From Octopus sinensis (lineage: Eukaryota): 64,000 nt of DNA. The notes beneath the pieces were generated by a model. That model did no database searches. It was not told the origin of the DNA and saw only the letters and a list, made by a program, of their open reading frames with translations. Below are positions 25,231 to 39,701 of this stretch, piece by piece (position 1 is the stretch's first letter; every line of letters begins with the position of its first letter). The translations under genes and the position numbers were made by a program. Location of the stretch: assembly GCF_006345805.1 (NCBI RefSeq), contig NC_043006.1, forward strand, positions 11,656,001 through 11,720,000. Direction: 5' to 3'.

Positions 25231-27632
25231 TGGCTGTGTTGAAATCTTAATAAACTAGTGCTACCTTTCTTTCTTTTTCAGGACTGGTCTATTGGACAAA
25301 CACGATAGTTTTGATTATACGGTCTCAGTGATATACCAAATCTGAATAAAGAAGTGATTAAGTCTAGCGGCTTCAGATAAAAGGCACGACGACACATTGA
25401 GTTGCAATATGTGTCTTTCGCCAGGGGATTTAGGGATTCTCTTTGAGATATATCTGGCTGTTGAGAAACCTATTTTTGAGATACAAAACGTGCTTCAACC
25501 AACGCTCCTTGTGCTATGTTACAAACTTTAAGTTTTAAAGTGGTTTAAATTAAAAAACCTTAATCAAAATTTCCTGTTAATTCATCTGTTAAATTCCACC
25601 TTAGTAATAACAAAGTTACTTTTACTGAATTCTTTAGTATTTAACAAAAATACTGAAATAGTGTATTTCACCAGAAATATGACAACAAAAGGGTTAATGC
25701 GATGCCTAAAACATTTTTGTGTATGTTCATTGAATATTGGTTGATTGTGATGTTTGCCCTGTCCTCCATGGGTTTAGGAAGCATTATTTCGAATGAATAT
25801 GTAGGCCTGGAGTACTTGGAGTTCATCGATCAGTCATCGATTTGTGGTTTTCGCTAGAAATGAGGGAATATAAGCCTTATGAGTATGTAGCTAGCAATAT
25901 TGATGAAAAACTTTATTGATGTGGTTTGGTGTAGAAATAGTGGGAAACGGTCATTTCGTCTTTTGAATGCATTCGATATTCGTTAGGAATGATCAATGGT
26001 TGAATAGACGGAATACAATTCATGGTTGGTGTTGGAAACGGAGCAGTAAATGTGTTTTTTTTAGAGAAATTTCTATGGTTTCAGGGGAAGATAATTGGTA
26101 GGTATGTCGAGTTTTCGTTTGGTTTCCATAGTTCATTTGCTTAATTCTATATATTGAAAGTAATAATGTCAACTTATAGAGTAAATATATTGTGTAGCTT
26201 CCAATGGCTGTTTTTAAGTATGGTTTGTGGTATTGCTTCTTTAGTTTGTGACGATTGATTTTATTGAATTGCTTGATTAGAATATTAATCGATACACTAT
26301 TAAACCAGTTGATGTTGCTATGTCTGCATATGATGTGCTATGGCCTGTCTTTGAATAGTTAATGTTAATCATTTGCATTATAATTCTACATGATGTATTC
26401 GTCTGTGATAGATCTAAAACATTGTTCTCTTATTTTTCCTAAGTTCTCCTATGTATAAACATTGGAATGTTGTCTTCAATCTTGACTTTATTCAATTAGT
26501 TTTTCTACGTAGTGTTGCCTTCCAGAATTAATTTTATTGATATGCCTATAATTAGCGGAGAAACGAACCAAGGATGTAATTCAACGTTTTATTATTGTCT
26601 ACCATCACTGTTGTTGCTGTATTCATTTTATAGCTCTGGGCCAGCCTTCATTTAGCTTCCCTGTGATCAAAGGCATTCTAGTCGTGACTATCCCATTTAT
26701 TTTCTAGACAGAAAATCAAAGATAATATTATCCGTGGTATTGTTTTTAAAAACGGAAGGTTACAGTCTGAGCGCGATTTCACTGCTATTTCACGTTCGTG
26801 AAACAACCCTTTCGTTTGTTCATACATTGATATGTGGGTGACTATTTGATTGTGTGTAGACAATTTGTCAGTAGTTGGGAGAGAGGGTTTCAATTCGTCG
26901 TTCTGGTTCTACAAAGAGGACTTTTGAAACTTAAGCGTTCAAAACAGAATTAAAATAATTCAGCAAGAAGTATTCATTATGCAATTACTTTTTTCGAATG
27001 TACTATTATTCCGGTAAGAGACTTAGACATAAGACAGCCGTAGTGAAGTGTTAAGACGAAGAGAGATTCGTTCGGAAACTATATACTGCTTGTGATTTAA
27101 TGAACATTTTTATGCTTCTACCACGATAATACTAATCCTGTGCCAGACATTAATATATATATATATATATATTATATCATATATATATATATATATTATA
27201 TATATATATATTATATATATATATATATATGTGGTGTGTGTATATATATATGCATGCATGTATGACTTTTAAACTTATGCGCTAAATGTATTTCTTAATG
27301 TTCGTTATTTTCTCTCCATCATATGTGTCGAACATTTGGAATGTATACAGTTTTATGTGATAATTCGATTTTTTTTCTGCTTAAAGAAACTACTTTGTGT
27401 GTTGATTAAGAATTGTAAATATATATCTCAGTCCGCCAGGCATTCGTTGTGTTAAATACGAGAGATTTTTATCTGTACTTTTAATACATATGTTCCTTGT
27501 GTGGTTTAACGGTGATAAATTTATGTTTCTCAACGCTGAGGAATTAAAATTGCTTCACTATGATTGATGATCGATATTCGTATTACGTGTTCGTATATTT
27601 ATACACTTCCTTTAATGAAATCGACCCCTTAG

Positions 27633-27912
27633 AGACATGGCTGTGGCCACCTCAGTGTTGATGGTAAGTTGGTTTTCGTTCTTAATCTTTATGTTTCTTT
27701 GTTCTTTTTTCTCTCTGATAATGGCTGTCAGAAATGTTGTATCATTGATGTAACTACGATTTATACCAAGCAAGTAACCATTTCTACTGGCAGTAGTTGC
27801 ATGTCAGTGCTGTGATCTACATTACTCCTTTTATTTCAGAAGAACATGAAGATCTCGTTTGGTCAGTCGCCATTACTTCTCTCTTAGTAGCAGCCATTAC
27901 ATCTTTGTTGTG
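27633..27912 (+). other. Possible exon pair 27633-27663 and 27840-27912 (RHGCGHLSVD-E-EHEDLVWSVAITSLLVAAITSLLW), antisense to the host intron
   Basis: ATG|gtaagt donor, T-rich 176-nt intron, ttttatttcag| acceptor; the join is in frame. Confidence 0.35.
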
Positions 27913-28233
27913 GTAATATTATTTTAAGCTTTATTACTGCATAGTTGGTGCTTCTAGTTTCATCATGTACAAGATTGTAATCACTTTCAAATAGATTGAT
28001 TAACAGGGTGAGAGAGAAAAAGAGAGGAGAGAGAGAGAGAGAAATAGAGAGATAAAGGGAGAGAGAGAGAGAGTGAGAGTGAGTGAGACAGAGAAGTAGA
28101 TGGAAAAGAGAGAGAGAGAGAGAAAGAGAAAAGAGTCTATATATCTATATTGTTTGTTTATACTATATTGTCAGCACATTCTGTTTTGTTTTCAATCAGC
28201 TAAAGATTTTCAAATGGTGGTATCCATATAATA

Positions 28234-28273
<40 letters not shown>

Positions 28274-28801
28274 CCTAACAACCAGATCCGAGAACTATAA
28301 ATGGTCTGTTTATTCTCTACTCACCTTTTTTTTTTCAATTTAAGATGCTACGAACAATTATAATTTTTGATCACAGTGAGACTAAAACTTTAGCACCCAC
28401 TGATTGAGAAACCAGACACGTTTTGTGAAAAAACCTTCATTAATTGATTTGGATATATTCATGTAAACTAATTTTTATCTTCTTATCATTATAAAACATT
28501 TTATTACCTGATCTGAATGTTTTTATGTAGAACTATTTTTTGATTCAGCATAAAGGATACACAAAGACTCAAACTTTTCCTTATTGTCCAAATATTATAA
28601 CACTTGCTTACAATACATTTATGTCTACTAATTTTTGACACCGCAGAGGATACACAAAGCCTAACACTTTACTTTTGAAAATCTTTTTAAACAAGTGAAA
28701 CTGGTTAAGTTAATAAATACCTTTAAAAGACTCCTGCAATTTTCAGATTCTTTTTGTTTTATTTCCAATCAGCTCAATATTCTTTCATATATCTATATAT
28801 A

Positions 28802-28870
<69 letters not shown>

Positions 28871-28873
28871 TAT

Positions 28874-29083
28874 AATTGCAGCGTGGAAGCTGTTTATAAG
28901 CCATTTAAGAAACACACAAAAACCGTTAGATTCATGTTAACATTTAAATTTAATTTGTCAAAATATTTTGGACGCTTTGAGACCGCGAAAATATTTTGAC
29001 AAATTAAATTTAAATGTTGAATGGAATCTAACGGTTTTCGTGTGTTTCTTAAATGGCTTATGAACACCTTCCACGCTGCGATT
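28874..29083. mobile_element. Fold-back MITE-like element
   Basis: ~95-bp arms aattgcagcgtggaag.../...cttccacgctgcgatt around a short spacer. Confidence 0.75.
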
Positions 29084-29141
29084 GTTTTCGTTCTAGCATA
29101 CGATCTCAGATCAAGTCACTCGCTATGCAAGTACATCTCCG

Positions 29142-29212
<71 letters not shown>

Positions 29213-29974
29213 CATATATGTATCAAAGAATTGCTCTGAGTAAGCAGCCAATATATAGGTTTTCAGACTGTTTCATTGGCTAACATGTTATTATCCAATT
29301 GCAGTTTCGTCATGTCTTTTTTCGAAATCTTTATCAAACAGTGACATTTGCAATAATGTGACCAACTTTGCAGACGATGTCAAGCTATTCTTTTACTTGG
29401 TATATTTTGTTTTATTATACATATTATGCATACTTCATCATCTCTAGCGACCTGACTCGAGGCACTTTTACATAAAGAAATAAGTTAAAAGCACTTCAAC
29501 CAAATAATTCATTGACGTGTATGTTTAATCAGTGGATAACATAACAACGATCTCTAGAATTTAAATTTCAGGAATATATGAAGCCTGTTTCTTGACCGGA
29601 CGTATCTGTACCACAATTCTGCTAACAATAGTTTTAGAAATAAAATGCAAAGTTCGTATATATATATATATCAATATATAATATAAAATATTAAATATTG
29701 GTATAAAAAAATAAATATAATGTAGAATACACAGCAAATTTGATATACATTCTATAAGCTCTGTTTCATAACTATGGTCTAATGTTTAAATATATATGGT
29801 CTATATAATATTTTGTAATATATTTTCTGAGTCCATCAATTTCGGAGAGTGTTTAAAGAAAACGCAAGTTATTTTATGTCAGTCCCAATGACATAAGCAC
29901 AGTAAGTGGGAAATGGAAATCAAGTTGCCAAGAGCTTACCACAACACTACCATGCCCACCACCAATAACATGTA

Positions 29975-29994
29975 TAACAATAATAATAATAATG

Positions 29995-30055
<61 letters not shown>

Positions 30056-30092
30056 TAATAATAATAATATTAATAATGATAATAATAATAAC
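29975..30092. repeat. (AAT)n tract
   Basis: Direct inspection. Confidence 0.95.
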
Positions 30093-30259
30093 TTTTTCAT
30101 AATCTCACTGCATTTAAAACATTCCACATCACATTAACACAAAAATGCATTTCAATTGTATTGGATGAAAAATATTGCAATCATATATATATATACATTA
30201 TATATATATATATATATATGCATATATATACATAAATATATACATAAATATGTATATAT

Positions 30260-30292
<33 letters not shown>

Positions 30293-30386
30293 AATATGTA
30301 TACATAAATATGTTATATATATATGTATACATAAATATGTATATATATATATAATTATATAGATACATATATATATATATATATAC

Positions 30387-30443
<57 letters not shown>

Positions 30444-30491
30444 ATATATATATATTATGTATATATATATGTATATATATATATATTATAT

Positions 30492-30528
<37 letters not shown>

Positions 30529-32948
30529 ATTGTATAAGAAGAAAAGAAAGCAAAACATTCATGGCTATGAAGAGGCATGTAAACAATGAATATCTACTCG
30601 TATTAGAACAAACTCTGATTAAGAACCAAAAATATTTTTACATTATTAAAAGCATTCTAATAACAAACAACAAGGTACAGGTCCTTTTGATAACCAGTGA
30701 GGTTTTCGAACTTAATTGAATATTTAAATGCAATTTAATATTTATTACATGTCGTAGATAAACTGGGAAGAAAAATACAAAAACAAAATTTTAGGTATGA
30801 TGATATTATAGGCACATCGCATTATCTATCATTCTGAACACACATTCCATTCAGTAATAAACAGATCAATCGAACATTCAATCAATGTCTGTCGTTTAAT
30901 CTAATCCGTCAATTCATTCGAAACATCCTTCGATGTTCCAGTATTCAAACTGTCGTGACAAAAACAAAGAGAAAAAAATCCCTATTTAAAAAAAACATTC
31001 TTAATAAAAGAGCTATACCTATTGGAGTTTAGCTACTGTAATAATTTGATATTTAGTTTATGAAACTGAACTAAAACCTTATGTTAGTCAATTAACACCC
31101 TGGTATCTCTGTCTCTTTTGTTTCTCATTATACATTATCTATTGTAGCCATTGTAATAAACAACGACAACGACCTCCACTATCTATGTTCTTTTCCTTTA
31201 AATTTCTCTTTTCCATTCATTTCCCCATTCATTGTTTATTGTTCTTTAGAAAGAGCTCAATTTTGGTTCTGCTGCTGTTATGAGAAAGCGTCATCCAACC
31301 GTAACGAATTTTCATATTTTTGTATATCTGGAACTACACCTAGTACGGTTACCTTATTATCACTCCCCGACGGTAGGGAAGTGTTTATAATCTAGCAGAT
31401 AGAATGACTAAGTAAAACTTTCCATATCAATTCGTCCATATTAATATTTCTTTAAAAGCTATGACAGGTATATATTTGATATTTATAATATAATATTTTG
31501 TAATATATTTCCAGCAATTTTAGAGTCCAGCAATTTTAGAGAGTGTTTAAAGAAAAATTCAAGCCCAATGACATAAGCACTCTAAGTGGGAATTGAAATC
31601 GAGTTGCCAAGAGCTTACCACAACACTACCATGCCCACCACCAATAACATGTATGTATATATATATATATATATACATATACACACTCACAAATACACAC
31701 CAGACACATGCGCGTACGTAAGGTAACTCCTGAACAGAATTGGAGACAGCTTTTCGTAACGTTGCGTATTTAATTACAATATTCAGTGAAGGATTTAAAC
31801 TGATATTACAATAATAGTTTAAGCATTCTTTCTTTTTAAAGTTAAGTCTCATCTTTCAATGATCAAAATGGAAATTTAATGAACGTTTACCAGCATAACT
31901 AAATATAATATTCATACAACACGCAGAGCTAGTCAATTATTTAAAACCTCGATAAATGTTGCCTAACAACGCCTGTCATGCGTATTCCATAATGGTATTT
32001 GTTAATTATTTTAATATTAGTTTGGTTTCGAGTAAAGGTTTGTATACATTGTCTTCGCAATCTCCCCAACATCGGTGATAGCGACGCAAGTAATGGCGTA
32101 GGAATTATCAATAAGAAATAAATTCCCTTTTATGCAAATCTTGTAAATGGGGAAATCAAAATGGGGAGAATATTTACATAGCAAAAATTAAATGAATTTA
32201 TACACAAGACTAAGTCAAACTTAAGAGAATTTTTGAATTGACTAAATACAAAATGAAAAGTATTTTCGATGTGAAGAGCCATATGAGTGAGAAACATCCA
32301 TTACATCTTCCCAGGGCTTTCGAGACTCACGAGAGAAAAGACTAACCTACATATCACAAACATAGTCCAATTACAACAGAGTGAATCTGTTAAAGGCACT
32401 TGAAGAACAAGATGTAGCATTGAACCAGGTAACGGAAGAAGAATGAAGATCCATCTGCTTAATTCCACTCCCAAGGCTTTTGTTTTCCTTATTGAGATAG
32501 TTGTAGAAGATACTTGCTGAAGATGTTGCGGAGAGAGATCGATTCTGAAACGACGTAGCTGAGAAGCGAATTTCTTCACAACAAGCCTATACCTATGACT
32601 ACCAAAGAAGTATATAACAACTATATTATACCCAAATTGTTACATTTCCACTTAATTTCTTAATAAAACATAACATGCCAACAAATCAATTTACAGACAT
32701 TTATTAATAAAGAAATGTTTATCATTTAGCAGGTTAGAAGGTGAGAGAAACAGACACATCTGGTCATTCCCAAAACTGACTTTTGATTGACGGGCTTCAC
32801 ATCTCTGGAAACTCAATGAACAATACATCATATTCCCACACGTAACTATTTCTCATATGTGCATAAATTAACTTCTTGATTTCCCACACTCATCCTCTTA
32901 AAATCCGCCACTATTCCCATTTTGTTGTGTTGTGTTGTATTTGCCCGT

Positions 32949-33332
32949 GGAGGCGCAATGGCCCAGTGGTTAGGGGCAGCGGACTCGCGGTCATAGGATC
33001 GCGGTTTCGATTCCCAGACCGGGCGTTGTGAGTGTTTATTGAGCGAAAACACCTAAAAGTTCCACGAGGCTCCGGCAGGCGATGGTGGTGATCCCTGCTG
33101 TACTCTTTCACCACAACTTTCTCTCACTCTTACTTCCTGTTTCTGTTGTACCTGTATTTCAAAGAGCCGGCCTTGTCACTCTCTGTGTCACGCTGAATAT
33201 CCCCGAGAACTACGTTAAAGGTACACGTGTCTGTGGAGTGCTCAGCCACTTACACGTTAATTTCACGAGCAGGCTGTTCCGTTGATTCGGATCAACCGGA
33301 ACCTTCGTCGTCGTAACCGACGGAGTGCTTCC
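32949..33332 (+). mobile_element. SINE family C (tRNA-Arg-like head, cephalopod-type tail)
   Basis: A/B boxes tggcccagtgg / gtttcgattcc; TSD ttgtatttgccc(g/a)t at 32935-32948 and 33334-33347. Confidence 0.9.
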
Positions 33333-33464
33333 ATTGTATTTGCCCATTTTACATGGCCTTATTTATTGTTTGCCCTTATTTGTCGATTCTTGCTAATGTT
33401 TTCTCACCAGCCAGGTGAACAGCTATCATTGTTCGCAGTCACGAGGTATCCCACGAACACATTC

Positions 33465-33682
33465 TGCGAGCTGGCAGAAACGTTAGCACGCCGGGCGAAA
33501 TGCTTAGAGGTATTTCGTCTGCCGTTACGTTCTGAGTTCAAATTCCGCCGAGGTCGACTTTACCATTCATCCTTTCGGGGGTTGATAAATTAAGTACCAG
33601 TTACGTACTGGGATCTATGTAATCGACTTAATCCCTTTGTCTGTCCCCTCTATGTTTAGCCCCTTGTGGGCAATAAATAAAT
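33465..33682 (+). mobile_element. SINE family B
   Basis: Near full-length copy. Confidence 0.9.
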
Positions 33683-33764
33683 AACATACGTATGATTTCA
33701 TGTGTGTTTATGTCTCTACAGTACGTATGTATGTTTTCATGCCCAGTGATTTCTGTTCTTTTGC

Positions 33765-33830
33765 TTTTCTACCACTTACTTTTCTACCACTTTTCTACCA
33801 CTTACTTTTCTACCACTTGCTTTTCTAACC
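33765..33830 (+). repeat. ~15-bp minisatellite (cttttctaccactta), about 5 copies
   Basis: Direct inspection. Confidence 0.85.
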
Positions 33831-35422
33831 AATCATTCATCTTCTTGTAAAGTGTTGCGTCAGTAAGTTTTCTCTTTCTATTGTTCCCTCTCTGCTGATC
33901 TTTGCTCTGTTTTCTTACAGCTGTTCGTTTTTTGCTTTGTCCACTACCTTATTGCCTCTATATATTTTGTCTCTCTCCCTCTCCACCGCATCTTAGCAAA
34001 TGCTCTTACTCTCACTGTCACAACTTTTCTCCCGCTTCTCTCTCTCAGGGTACTTTCCCTTAGTACCTGGAAATCTGAGAGCCAGCGAATTGCCACATCT
34101 GCATGGTTCTCCTATTTTCACTTCAATTTGTTCCAAAAGGGCTCTACACTAACAAACCCACGTAAATTTTACACACATATATATATATATGCATATGTAC
34201 ATATACACACATGCCTGTATATATATGTGTGTGTGAGTGCGTGTGTTTGTGTGTGTGTTTGTGTGTTTGAATGTGTGTATTCTATAATGATCCGAAGAAA
34301 TTTTAGAATTGAAATTAAAAAAAAGATACATAATGCGGAGGAAACAAATTTCTAGAGAATAATATATATATATATATATATATCAATCATACTTTCGAGA
34401 TACATTTCACTTCCTATTTCAAACGTATCTACATGATAGTACTTCTAGTACTACCAATATAGGTATGATCTTGTAGATAATTTAAATGATGATACGTCGA
34501 CGGGGGAATACTTATAAACAATTAGATAAAAAGATAAAATTATATAGACGTCAATTTGTCTCAGCTGAGCACTTATATGAACAGCGGAAACTTCCTAATT
34601 GTGTGTCTGTCTGTCTAAGTGTAAATTTTATTACAAAGATTTCAACCAACGATCTGCCAAAATTAAAGGAAAATTTTACTCATAATGTTTATATTGTGAA
34701 TAAATTTTTTGACACATGAAACTTATTCGTACGGAATGACTGGTTCGCCAAACTTTTTAGTAGTGATAAGGTTTCTAGTGAATGGATTCAAATTATCCTA
34801 ATACTAATATCAAGGTAACTGAGAAATAGGTTTCAGCCTGCGTTTCAAATACACACATACCTACGCATTTTTCCTATTGCTTTCCCAAAACCTCAAATAT
34901 GAGAATTAGTAACTGTTAACCTATTATTAACTGTATTTCAATACATACATATATATATATATATATATATTTATTAATTTGAAATTATAATTTACTTCAT
35001 GATAGAATACTGCAGTTTTCTGCGGTACTTCTCGTAACACACACGTGGGTACAATGGATGAATAGTGTATTCACATTCGGCCGAGTAAATTTTGGAAGTG
35101 TTTGTTGGATATCTGTTGCACGTTGTCGCTCAATCGTGTGCATATTTAACTCTAGCACTTTCAAATTTTATAATTGGAAATGCTACACTAAAGAGAGAAG
35201 AAAGTAATTAAAACTCTTTAATCTCGAAACGCGTCTGTAGCTAATCGGAATCGTGTTGATTCATTGTTTTTCTCGTTGCCTACGTAAAAAAAAGTGTGTT
35301 ACTATCGTGGAGATTCTTACAGTAGTAGAAAAAGAATTTTTAACGCTTATTTCTAAATTCGGTATGTGCTGAAGCAATTAGCTGACCCCCTAATTATAAT
35401 TATGTTTATAATTATAAATATT

Positions 35423-35467
<45 letters not shown>

Positions 35468-35687
35468 TATATATACATATTTTTAATAATGTATTATTAT
35501 TATTAATATAAGGAAATAATATCCAAACTCTTCATAAAGATATACCCGTGTGAGAATACTTATTGTATTAAAATATATATAAATAAATATAAAAATATAT
35601 GTAAATATGTGTAAGTATAAATATAATGTATAAATATATTTGATAGTTTAAAAGTTTTGAATTAATTATTTAAAGCATCTTACGATC

Positions 35688-35757
<70 letters not shown>

Positions 35758-36322
35758 CTATATATATATAGATATATATATATATATATATATACGGAAG
35801 TGTATTTTTCATGTCAGTTATTTGCTTAGAGAACTCGTGTTGAAATTAAAACGATTGCATAATTATATCTAAATTGTATGTGAAACTTTTCGATAAACAT
35901 TATTAATCAGTATACTTTTGATTAAAAAAATAATTATTCATCTGTTTACTTTTGACTTAAAAAAAAAACAGTGACTTATATTTATATATTTAGTTATACA
36001 TTACATCCCTGTTTAAATAGGATGGTTCATAATATTGAGATTCGTTTAATTAAGGCAATATCAACCATCTATTGCGTTCTGCATGGAATCAGTTGCAATG
36101 CAAATGCTATTTGACTCACTCATGTAATGAGTTCATGAATTTGTAAATACACGTTAAAGAAATAAACACAATTTACGTTCCATTGAAACATAGGGAAGTT
36201 GATGTTCCTGTCGTATGATGTTTAACAGCCTAACTGAATAAACAGGATACTTGTTATACAATTACCATTATTACTATTGGAGCTTTCTTCACTATGTATT
36301 GCTTACATATATATATATATGT

Positions 36323-36704
36323 GGAGGCGCAATGGCCCAGTGGTTAGGGCAGCGGACTCGCGGTCATAGAATCGCGGTTTCGATTCCCAGACCGGGCGTT
36401 GTGAGTGTTTATTGAGCGAAAACACCTAAAGTTCCACGAGGCTCCAGCAGGGGATGGTGGTGATCCCTGCTGTACTCTTTCACCACAACTTTCTCTCACT
36501 CTTACTTCCTGTTTCTGTTGTACCTGTATTTCAAAGGGCCGGCCTTGTCACTCTCTGTGTCACGCTGAATATCCCCGAGAACTACGTTAAGGGTACACGT
36601 GTCTGTGGAGTGCTCAGCCACTTACACGTTAATTTCACGAGCAGGCTGTTCCGTTGATTCGGATCAACCGGAACCCTCATCGTCGTAACCGACGGAGTGC
36701 TTCC
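36323..36704 (+). mobile_element. SINE family C
   Basis: Only a handful of differences from 32949-33332. Confidence 0.9.
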
Positions 36705-36756
36705 ACCACATATATATACCACACACACACATATATATATATATATATTATATATA

Positions 36757-36804
<48 letters not shown>

Positions 36805-37482
36805 TACTGCTGCGGATAAAGATTATAGGCGTATCAGCATGCACGTGTGTTAGTATACATGTATGTATGTATGTACGTATACATAAATGCATGCATGTAC
36901 GTTAAGTACGTACGTATGTATATGTGTCATGCTCTATATAGGTGAATTCTGCATCACTACAACTCTCCAACTATATCTGTGTGTTTGTCTGTGTATGCCT
37001 GTGTATATGCGTGTGTGTCTGTGTCTGACTGAGAAAGTGTGTGTGCATAGTTATAAATGTATGCATGTATGCATATTTGTACGTGTGTGTTGGATTGAAA
37101 ACACGAATGTGTTATAGTTTTATCTTTATATCCAACATTTCTCGTATTCCCAATGATTTCGTTGCTGAAAAAGTCCTAAAAACGCCATAAACATGTCTCG
37201 GCTTTCGCAGCCTCATCTTCAAGAAGGAAATGATGTTGGTGTATGTTTCTATCTCTTTCTAGTTGACCGATACTACTTGATTGCTGCAGAAATCACCACC
37301 GGTATTTCAATTTTTGACCATCAATTTTGTGTCATAAGTCGGGTAGCTTAGGAATAACATATATTAACTGAGCATTTGTTTTAACCTAGTAATGATTTAA
37401 TTATTAAATCATTTTGTTTTAACGAGTAATGATTTAATTATTAATGTTTCCTTTGTGGCTGAAGAATTTTATATAATGTAAA

Positions 37483-38362
37483 CACGAGGTGCATTCCAGA
37501 AGTTTTCTTGAGACATTTTAGAGAGGCAGTTATAATTGTCCTGCATTAGAGTAATTTTAGTATATCATTACTATACACGTAACAAGCTGATCAACCAACT
37601 TTTTCAGATTCAAGGAAACGGTTGTAACAGTAGCATTTCGAACACACTCTTCTAAATACTGCTTGTCACAGCTGACTAGTTTGCAGAATACAGTCCGGAA
37701 GTGAAGGCAATTTGGAAGCTATCTATGCAAGAAAGTTTTGTGTTACACTGGGCAAAAATGCTCCAGAGGTATTATAGGTTAACTTGTATGAATTCAGCAT
37801 CTGTTTTTCACCGGTATAAAATGCCAGGCAAACCAAGTCCACCGAGAAGCTTATGGCAAACTTCTTTTTCGACAAGAAGGGCATCAAATACACCCACCGG
37901 GTTTACTTTGGTCACACAGTCAACAAAGATGACTTTGTGGAGGTTTTGAAGGTGTTCATAAAGGGATTTCATCCCCCAAAGAACAAAGCTCTTCAACTTG
38001 GATCAGTGGCGCCAGCAACGGCGCAATGCACCAGTTCACAATTCCTTCCAGGTAACCAACTACTTGACAGACAGGAGCACCAAAACTGTCCCTCACCTCA
38101 CCCACCTTAGCGTCCAGACTGTGCCCCTTGTTACTTTTTTGTTGTTCCCCAAGCTAAAGAAGATGAAGGAAGTTGTGACAAGAGTCCTGGACATCTTCAC
38201 TTTGGAGGAGTTCATGCGGCCTTTACGAAGTGACTGAAGTGCCACAGTACATGCACTGAAGTAAGGAGATCCTACTTTGAAAGTGATAAGAGTTTTGTAC
38301 GTCATTAAAATTAATAAATTTATTTCCTGAAAAAAGTGTCAAAACTCCTGGAATGCATCTTA
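37483..38362 (+). mobile_element. Mariner remnant with TIRs
   Basis: TIR gaggtgcattccagaagtttt / aaaactcctggaatgcatctt; peptides FFDKKG..GHTVNK, NAPVHNS, TVPH, LFPKLK. Confidence 0.8.
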
Positions 38363-38950
38363 TATTTTGTTCATCAACGATTTCTTCTTTAGATAGTATC
38401 TGTGTTACAATGCAGTGTGTTAGACTTGTACCGTCTTGTAAAAGACGCGTTGAGTCAGCAGAAGTATATTATACTTGTATAGTGACTGTAACTGTTGGAG
38501 TCGTTAAGTTTACAACAGTCAAGTTTAAAATGAATTTTCATTAGTACTTTGCATTTGGTGTTCGCTATTTATAACATATATTTTAGGGTTAGTGTTTTTT
38601 AAATATTACTGACAGAATAGAATATGGTTTAATGTAATAATTTTTTATTTTGTTTCTTGTAATGTGCGCATCTATTTTATAGTTTCCATGTATTTTAATT
38701 TATGTAATGCATTTTAGCTGTATTTTGTGCTTATTAATGTTGGCAGTGCTTGATAAAGTTAAATTTTTGTTTGATGAAGATAGAAGTAGAACACAGTCGT
38801 GTTTTCAATTAAACAGGTCTAAAAGAAAAGCTGTTCCCCATCTATACAAAGATATATAAGTATATATATATATACATATAGATATACAAAAATGCAGTTA
38901 TATATATATATGTATATATATATATATAATATATCATATATATATAATTA

Positions 38951-38984
<34 letters not shown>

Positions 38985-39127
38985 ACTTCATACAAATATT
39001 TGAACTTATATAACGTAGGGAGTTAAATACAAAACACATATATATATATAATATTTTATACATACATATTTCTTTATATATATGTATATATATATATTTA
39101 TTTATACATACTATATTACTTTATATA

Positions 39128-39159
<32 letters not shown>

Positions 39160-39542
39160 ATAATATGTAATTTATGTATATATATATATGTATATATCCA
39201 AATATATCAATATTAAAACACGTTCTTAAAAGTTATACATTCCGTAATACATAACACGTACGCACTCACGCATATATACACACACACTCTCTCGCACAAG
39301 CACAAACATACACGCACGTACACAGATGTGCAAACACATACCCACACACACACACACACACGCACATACACATGTACACGCAAGGCAGCTCAAAAGTCCT
39401 TATAGCAAATCAATTTTATGATTTTTTGTGTCTCACTTGAATGCTAAAGGAACTACCGAATCATGTATATATATATGCGTGTATGTGCGAGTACGTGTGC
39501 AAACATACCATGCTCATATACAGCATATACATACATACATAT

Positions 39543-39602
<60 letters not shown>

Positions 39603-39640
39603 CGTTCAATATTTAATCAATATTAGGAAAACATTAATAC

Positions 39641-39701
39641 CTGCAATGGAACTGATGGATTCACGTTTTTTCGTGTCCAGTTCACTCGATGCATCGATCA
39701 T
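39641..39701 (-). CDS. First coding segment (MIDASSELDTKKRESISSIA+G) within a 207-nt exon 39847-39641
   Basis: Acceptor ctgtgtttcag|G at 39847 and donor GCAG|gtatta at 39641; a GC-rich island in AT-rich DNA. Its phase-1 end matches the phase-1 start of exon 20794, giving ...RESISSIA-G-AVAGIVSSVKGR... Confidence 0.7.

Noticed and set aside
32517-32560. CTGAAGA...GAAACGACGTA hammerhead-like string
   Set aside because: Stem III is plausible, but stems I and II do not pair.
32301-32579. 92-aa minus-strand ORF with AG/GT sites
   Set aside because: The phase needed between exons 39641 and 20794 hits a stop; no recognisable motif.
32949-33020. tRNA-like heads (also 36323, 44025, 8524)
   Set aside because: SINE or PLE-derived Pol III boxes continuing into repeat bodies; no complete cloverleaf, so not called tRNA genes.
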